NCBI GenBank assembly: GCA_015233495.1
Contig: JADFXQ010000003.1
Span: 5,860-69,859, forward strand
DNA length: 64,000 nt
Direction of reading: 5' to 3'
Origin: Candidatus Omnitrophota bacterium
Lineage (GTDB): Bacteria > Omnitrophota > Gorgyraeia > Zapsychrales > Zapsychraceae
The translations under genes and the position numbers were made by a program. Below are positions 58,861-64,000 of the stretch, piece by piece; position 1 is the first letter of the stretch, and every line of letters starts with the position of its first letter. Below the pieces are notes generated by a model. It was not told the DNA's origin. It was given only the letters and a program-made list of their open reading frames with translations, and searched no databases.

Positions 58861-59646
58861 TTATTCAATAACCTTCATCCCCTTTAGGCATTTTTCCGCC
58901 GCCCTTCTCGCACTCTTTCTAAAGTCCGCGATAAACAGCTCCAGGTCCCCCTCTTTGTTCAATAAATGGACATTCCCCGATGTAAACGCCGAACCTGAGG
59001 CCAGGACATTCCCTGATACAGGATCAACTAATTTTATGTATGCCGTAAGATATAAGTCGTTCTTGTCGGACAACGAGCTTCCAACGGAGACCTCAAGAGC
59101 GATGAACTGTTCATTCGGCAGATCCGTGACAACGGGATCCTTGCCAGCGACACCACTCAGCCAGTCTTCATGCGCCATCTTCGTCCGCGGATCAAATGTT
59201 ATTGAAAAAGGACGCGGAAACTTGTCGATCCAGGATTCCGTACCCGGGACGATCTCTGATCCGCGATGAAGCATGATCGCATTAACATTGCGGGAAGAAT
59301 GTTTCAAAAGATCAACCGCCTCTTCCGCAATGATCTGTTCCGCAACGAATTTGGCAGCCGCAGCGTTCAACTTTTCACAATAAACTTCAAGCTCAGGCTT
59401 TTCCAATGCCAATTTATTCGCAATATGATTCCCTATAATACCTCCAAAGAAGAAAGCAGCTTTGTGGGTGCTGGCAATCCCGGTCGCCGTTCCCTTAAAC
59501 GGGACAACAATGATCGATTTATTTTCCAAATTAGATGCTTTCTTAAGCTCATTTACTTGAAAAAGACTGTCCGGCATATGAAATGCACAGCCGGAACAAA
59601 ATAACATAATCAAACATAGCATTGTCTGCCTTGATCTAAACTTCAT
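58861..59646 (-). CDS. Hypothetical lipoprotein (261 aa)
   Basis: Signal peptide with lipobox LFCSGC. No recognisable catalytic motifs. Confidence 0.5.
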   Translation of the reverse strand: MKFRSRQTMLCLIMLFCSGCAFHMPDSLFQVNELKKASNLENKSIIVVPFKGTATGIASTHKAAFFFGGIIGNHIANKLALEKPELEVYCEKLNAAAAKFVAEQIIAEEAVDLLKHSSRNVNAIMLHRGSEIVPGTESWIDKFPRPFSITFDPRTKMAHEDWLSGVAGKDPVVTDLPNEQFIALEVSVGSSLSDKNDLYLTAYIKLVDPVSGNVLASGSAFTSGNVHLLNKEGDLELFIADFRKSARRAAEKCLKGMKVIE

Positions 59647-59934
59647 GTTTTCTCCTTATTCCTTCGCCCGCACATCTCCCTCGGCTACAGAACACCCGTC
59701 GAGATTCCCGAGCTCAAAGAAATTACAACCATTCAAGGCAAATGGATTAGAATCCTTTCCATGGCCTCTTAAATTTATTGTCAAAGAACACAAAATAATT
59801 CCCGCCGTCCGTATCACACTGCCTACCGCCGGCAAATGGCAAACTTCCCATACTTGCAACCCTATTTACCGTTAATTTTTCATAGAACTTTTGACACTAT
59901 CCGCGGCAAACTTCAAATTTGCTGCAGATTCAAT

Positions 59935-61626
59935 TTACATTTTATCCGGCACTGTGACACCCATCAAGCGCAGACCATTGGCTAAAATAATTTTAACCGC
60001 ATTGACCAGCCCCAATCGTTCGGCGGATAGATCCGCGTCTTCGACCAGCACGCGGTGCATATCGTAAAATTTATGAAAACTGCCTGCCAGTTGGTGCAAA
60101 TATTCCGCTAAAGTATAGGGGTCATTTTGCTCCCGGCAGATCGTCAACGCCTCGGTAAAATCACTAATCTTTTTGATCAAGGCCAATTCTTCCGGCGCGG
60201 TTAGATGTTGAAACTTACCCGTCCGGGGCGTTATCCTGGTTTCCGCAGCCTTATTATTGATGCTATTGATCCGCGCGTGGGCATATTGGATATAAAAAAC
60301 CGGATTTTCCGCGGTTTCCTTTTTTGCCAAGTCCAGATCAAATTCCAAATGCATTTGAATATGCCGCATCAAAAAGAAAAACCGGGCCGCGTCGACCCCG
60401 ACTTCCTCCATGACTTCCCGCAGACTGATATACTCTCCACGCCGGGTGGACATGGAAACAATCTTCCCGGCACGGATCACGGTGGCTAATTGGACAATCA
60501 GCACCTGCACCGCGTCCGCGTTTTTTCCTAAGGCCTGCGCCGCAGCTTTGATCCGCGGAATATATCCATGATGGTCCGGCCCCCAAATATTGATCAATCG
60601 ATCAAAACCCCGCTCGAATTTATTTTTGTGATACACAATGTCGGGAGATAAATAAGTAAATTGGCCGTCGCTTTTACGCACCACCCGGTCTTTATCGTCG
60701 CCAAACAAGGTGGACTTGAACCATAACGCGCCCTCGTGTTCATACGCTAAACCCCGGTTTTGAAATTCCGCTAATACCACCTCAATCTTATCGCGCGTCG
60801 CGATTTGTGATTCATATGACCATACGTCAAAATAGGCGCGGAAGTCTTTGAGTTCCGTTTGGTTCACCTGGATCAAATAATCCGCGCTGAATTTCTTGAT
60901 CCGTTGCGGTCTGTCAGCTAAAGCCTGGAGGTCGGCCAATTTTTGAATTTGATTTTGATCCAAAAATATCTGGGCCATATCCTTGATATATTCGCCCTGA
61001 TAACAATCTTCGGGAAAATCAACCGACTCTCCCAAAATTTTCCGGGCCCGCAGCTCAACTGACCGGCCCAAAGTCGTAATCTGGTTGCCTCCGTCATTCA
61101 TGTAATATTCTTTGGTCAAATCATATCCCAAAAACCGCAAAATATTGCCTAAAACGTCGCCGACCACTGCCTGGCGGGCGTGTGCCACGCTTAACGGTCC
61201 GGTCGGGTTAGCGCTGACAAATTCCATCATCACTTTTATCCCTTTTCCCGCTTGGGACCTGCCGAAATCACTCCCTTGAGCAAAAACCTCATCCAAAACC
61301 GAACCTACCGCATACGGCGTCAGAAAAAAATTGATAAATCCCGGACCTTTTACTTCCAGCCGAACGACGCGGCAGTTTAACCGCGAGACGGCTAATCCCT
61401 TTTGAATTAAAGCCAAAAACTCTGCCGCAATTACCAGCGGGGGTTTGCGCAAAACTTTAGCCGAACGCAGAGCGATATTACAGGCAATATCACCGTTGGC
61501 TTTCTCCGCGGGTTCTTCCAGCTCAATAGCCGGCAGAGGAATATCCTGAAAAAGCGGCGCAATCGCGCCGCGGATCAATTCAACAAGCTCATCGTGAAAT
61601 AAAACCGCCATAAAATTTTGTCTCAT
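59935..61626 (-). CDS. argS: Arginine--tRNA ligase
   Basis: Class I HIGH motif (SANPTGPLSVAHAR) and KMSK-like (VSMSTRRG). 563 aa with DALR anticodon-binding C-terminus. Confidence 0.9.
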   Translation of the reverse strand: MRQNFMAVLFHDELVELIRGAIAPLFQDIPLPAIELEEPAEKANGDIACNIALRSAKVLRKPPLVIAAEFLALIQKGLAVSRLNCRVVRLEVKGPGFINFFLTPYAVGSVLDEVFAQGSDFGRSQAGKGIKVMMEFVSANPTGPLSVAHARQAVVGDVLGNILRFLGYDLTKEYYMNDGGNQITTLGRSVELRARKILGESVDFPEDCYQGEYIKDMAQIFLDQNQIQKLADLQALADRPQRIKKFSADYLIQVNQTELKDFRAYFDVWSYESQIATRDKIEVVLAEFQNRGLAYEHEGALWFKSTLFGDDKDRVVRKSDGQFTYLSPDIVYHKNKFERGFDRLINIWGPDHHGYIPRIKAAAQALGKNADAVQVLIVQLATVIRAGKIVSMSTRRGEYISLREVMEEVGVDAARFFFLMRHIQMHLEFDLDLAKKETAENPVFYIQYAHARINSINNKAAETRITPRTGKFQHLTAPEELALIKKISDFTEALTICREQNDPYTLAEYLHQLAGSFHKFYDMHRVLVEDADLSAERLGLVNAVKIILANGLRLMGVTVPDKM

Positions 61627-61631
61627 TTAAA

Positions 61632-61699
61632 AAGGCAAGCAAGAAATCCGCCGGTCTTATAGATATATCCCCTAAAACCGTTAGATTTTTGCTTGCCTT
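61632..61699 (-). promoter_or_regulatory. Long-loop hairpin (11-bp arms aaggcaagcaa / ttgcttgcctt, 46-nt loop) followed on the minus strand by UUUU. Candidate rsfS terminator or argS leader attenuator
   Basis: Perfect 11-bp inverted repeat located exactly in the 87-bp rsfS-argS intergenic gap. Confidence 0.4.
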
Positions 61700-61713
61700 A
61701 ATTATCTCTGATC

Positions 61714-62073
61714 TTATTGCACCCAATCAACGCGAGGCGCGTCCTGCCATAGATATTCCAACGCATAAAAATCCCGAATATCTTTGCGAAAAATATGCGT
61801 CACAACGTCGCCGGCGTCATAGACAATCCAATCGGATTTTTTCAATCCTTGCTTTGCGGCAATACCGACGCCCAATTCCCGCAAACCTTCGTCGATATTC
61901 TCCGCGATAGCCCGGACATGCCGATCCGACGTCCCGGAGCAAATGACGAAATAATCACAAAAATTTGTAATACTTCGCATATCGAGAACCACAATGTCCT
62001 CGGCTTTGATGTCATCGGATAAACGCGCGATCAGCTGATAAAGTTTGGGCGATTTTTCGGCCTCTTTAGCCAT
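61714..62073 (-). CDS. rsfS: Ribosomal silencing factor RsfS (Iojap)
   Basis: IARLSDDIKAEDIVVLDMRSITNFCDYFVICSGTSDRHVRAIAENI matches the RsfS/Iojap core. 119 aa. Confidence 0.85.
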   Translation of the reverse strand: MAKEAEKSPKLYQLIARLSDDIKAEDIVVLDMRSITNFCDYFVICSGTSDRHVRAIAENIDEGLRELGVGIAAKQGLKKSDWIVYDAGDVVTHIFRKDIRDFYALEYLWQDAPRVDWVQ

Positions 62074-62136
62074 TCACAACTTTACTTTAAATTGATTGTC
62101 CTGATTAAAAAAAATGACTGGTTCAATTCTTCAATC

Positions 62137-62307
62137 TTACTTCTTCAATTTCGCGGCCTGATCTTTGCTCAACACGCGCCAGCATTCATGGTTGCCCGCC
62201 GGCGACTTGACCACTGCGAAGAAACGGCCGTTTTTTTCCCGAACCGAAAAATCCTTCGAGGTGAACTTTGTTTTGGTCTTGACATCGTAAAATGACAATT
62301 CTTCCAT
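62137..62307 (-). CDS. Small hypothetical protein (56 aa)
   Basis: Start chosen at MEELSFYD because a strong AAGGAGG sits 5 nt upstream; the ORF track extends it to 62373. Lys-rich. No recognisable family. Confidence 0.45.
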   Translation of the reverse strand: MEELSFYDVKTKTKFTSKDFSVREKNGRFFAVVKSPAGNHECWRVLSKDQAAKLKK

Positions 62308-62477
62308 AAACCCTCCTTCGCAGTTAGCGAACACCCGCGCCATTCCAATAAGCGCGGGGTGTTGTTGTGACAAACAACTGTCAGTTGTTGTTCAAGTTTA
62401 GCCAATCACCCTGGGGTTGTCAATCGAAAAAACAGAACAGTCTTCCGAAGAAGCTGCCTCCGCGGATTCCCGCGCGG

Positions 62478-63746
62478 TTAGGCCGTGATCAGCTCTTTTA
62501 AAGCCTTATCTACCGCGGCATCCACTGGGCCGACTACGGCTAAATGATTCCGGGATGGATGCAAGATCTCCCGGGCAATGCGTTGGGTATCCGCGAGCGT
62601 GACTTTTTCAAAATCCCGCACGACCTGTTTAAGAGTTTTCAATTGGTTTTTGGAAACAATTGATTCCCCCAACCAAAGCATATGCTCCATAGTGTCTTCC
62701 AAAGTGATCCGCGATTGGCCGATCACATAATCTTTCGCCCGGCGCAATTCATTGGCGGAAACACCGGACTTCCGGATGTTGGCGATTTCCTTGAGGATCA
62801 GGGTGACTGCGGGCACGACTTTTTGATGGTCAACGCCGGCGCGAATAATGAACGCGCCGGTATCCAACAGGCATTTAGCGGACGCGCCGATGGAATAGGC
62901 CAGGCCGCGTTTTTCTCTTAATTCCGAGAACAGCCGGCTGGACATATTCCCGCCTAATATAATGCCTAACAAAATCAGGCCATAGCGGTCCGGATGCCAA
63001 TCATCATAACCGAGCATCCCTAAAGCCAAATGAGTTTGTTCCGTAGTTTTACGGCGAATCTGGCAAACGGGTCGCGCTTCCGGCCGGGAAAACTTAATAT
63101 ACTCGGCCAACACTCCGGCCGGGACATGGCCCAATTTCTTGCTGGCAATGCGTTCCACCAATGCCGGATCGATTTGACCGCATACCGAGATCACCGCGTT
63201 GCGGCCAGAATAATGCTCGCGATGAAAATTTTTTAATACTGCCGGTTGCAGCCCGGCAACACTCTTAAGAGTGCCAGCGATATTCTTTCCTAAAGGATGG
63301 TTGGGCCAAAGCATTTCATCCAAAGTATCCATAACCAAATGCTGGGGCAAATCCTTATACATCTTTATTTCTTCTAAAATGACCGCTTTTTCATTGCTAA
63401 AATCTTTAGTTTTTAACGTTGGGAAAAATGCCATATCCGCGAGCACATCAAACGTTTCGGCGAAAAACTGCGAAGGAATTTTCGCGTAAAAACAGGTGTG
63501 CTCCTCGCTGGTAAAGGCGTTGAGCGCGCCGCCGATCCCTTCGATGCGTTCTTTGATTTCCGTGCCGGAATACGTGCAACTCCCTTTAAACGCCGCGTGT
63601 TCCAAGAAATGCGCGGCGCCTTTGATCGCGTCGCTTTCATAACGGCCGCCCACCCCGAACCAGAATCCCAGCGCCACGCTCGAACGGCTTTGCATGGGAT
63701 GCGTGACTAAACGCAGTCCATTATCGAAAACAACGCGTTTAATCAT
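62478..63746 (-). CDS. M16-family zinc peptidase (insulinase-like)
   Basis: Inverted zinc motif HFLEH (HxxEH) near the N-terminus followed by the conserved Glu region. 422 aa. Confidence 0.85.
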   Translation of the reverse strand: MIKRVVFDNGLRLVTHPMQSRSSVALGFWFGVGGRYESDAIKGAAHFLEHAAFKGSCTYSGTEIKERIEGIGGALNAFTSEEHTCFYAKIPSQFFAETFDVLADMAFFPTLKTKDFSNEKAVILEEIKMYKDLPQHLVMDTLDEMLWPNHPLGKNIAGTLKSVAGLQPAVLKNFHREHYSGRNAVISVCGQIDPALVERIASKKLGHVPAGVLAEYIKFSRPEARPVCQIRRKTTEQTHLALGMLGYDDWHPDRYGLILLGIILGGNMSSRLFSELREKRGLAYSIGASAKCLLDTGAFIIRAGVDHQKVVPAVTLILKEIANIRKSGVSANELRRAKDYVIGQSRITLEDTMEHMLWLGESIVSKNQLKTLKQVVRDFEKVTLADTQRIAREILHPSRNHLAVVGPVDAAVDKALKELITA

Positions 63747-64000
63747 GAGTGGGACTCCTTAACGGCTTAAGCAAAGTCGCGACAAAATCGCGGACCGATT
63801 GAATTTGATTGTTTTGTCCCGTAGTCTGGGCCACCCGGTTGACAATCGCGCTGCCGACAATCACCCCGTCGGCAATGGTAGCGATCCGGCGAACTTGATC
63901 CGGTTGAGAAATGCCAAAACCGACGCAAATCGGTTTTGCGGTAAGCCTTTTCGCCTGCCTGACTTTGGCGAGAAGATCCGCGGGAATGCCCGCCCGGGCC
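63739..64000 (-). CDS. trpA: Tryptophan synthase alpha chain, C-terminal part (gene runs off window end)
   Basis: Reverse translation gives ...PICVGFGISQPDQVRRIATIADGVIVGSAIVNRV..., the conserved C-terminal TrpA region. Stop overlaps the M16 peptidase start by 8 nt (ATGATTAA). Confidence 0.75.
   Translation of the reverse strand, partial: ARAGIPADLLAKVRQAKRLTAKPICVGFGISQPDQVRRIATIADGVIVGSAIVNRVAQTTGQNNQIQSVRDFVATLLKPLRSPTHD

Noticed and set aside
59647-59934. 76-aa plus-strand ORF and a putative sRNA in the 288-bp gap upstream of the lipoprotein gene
   Set aside because: No RBS, no conservation evidence, and the hairpin after the argS stop has a mismatch and no U-tract. Most likely a promoter/UTR region.

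Overview
This 64 kb window is chromosomal sequence from a bacterium. It is mostly core-gene content, around 50% GC, and almost every gene lies on the minus strand. I did not attempt a taxonomic assignment beyond that.

Core genes recognised: thrC-hom, gpsA, recN, a PFK-A phosphofructokinase, a ROK glucokinase, queH, nnr, acpS, pdxJ, cdaA, folP, ftsH, tilS, tsaD, a C-terminal processing protease, gatCAB, pepF, rpmB, recJ, argS, rsfS, an M16 peptidase and trpA.

Two accessory-type blocks stand out:

1. A complete polyphosphate module: ppx, ppk1, a CHAD protein, a stand-alone HD domain protein and PPK2.

2. A roughly 20 kb polysaccharide/glycoconjugate locus, all on one strand. It contains wzm-wzt, a methyltransferase-like gene, a double-GT2 gene and a further GT2 gene. 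It also carries rfbA, rfbC, rfbD and rfbB, with a dCache/HAMP methyl-accepting chemoreceptor gene wedged between rfbC and rfbD. The locus continues with a small membrane protein, a polytopic GT-C-like protein, a cytoplasmic papain-like C1A protease and a mycobacterial-type UbiA decaprenyl-phosphate phosphoribosyltransferase homolog. The UbiA gene is translationally coupled to a DUF2079 membrane protein. A GT4 gene and a divergently transcribed TMTC-like protein (DUF1736 membrane domain plus TPR repeats) complete it.

My best candidate for something undescribed is this second block. It looks like a polyprenyl-phosphate-pentose donor system paired with GT-C-type glycosyltransferases, working alongside an ABC-transporter-dependent rhamnan-type pathway, with a chemoreceptor embedded in the operon.

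Other notable points:
- A tRNA hot spot (Thr-Tyr-Gly) carries a 100 bp tandem duplication of the tRNA-Thr 3' end plus its terminator hairpins, and an orphan antisense tRNA 3' fragment.
- A roughly 200 bp near-perfect palindromic MITE-like element flanked by an 8 bp direct repeat.
- A 3.2 kb AT-rich island covering the double-GT2 and methyltransferase genes.
- A bactofilin fused to an excisionase-type HTH, next to a membrane-anchored HTH protein.
- An unannotated 41-aa lipoprotein sORF.
- Ankyrin-repeat and cysteine-rich small proteins.

I found no CRISPR array, rRNA, transposase or integrase.
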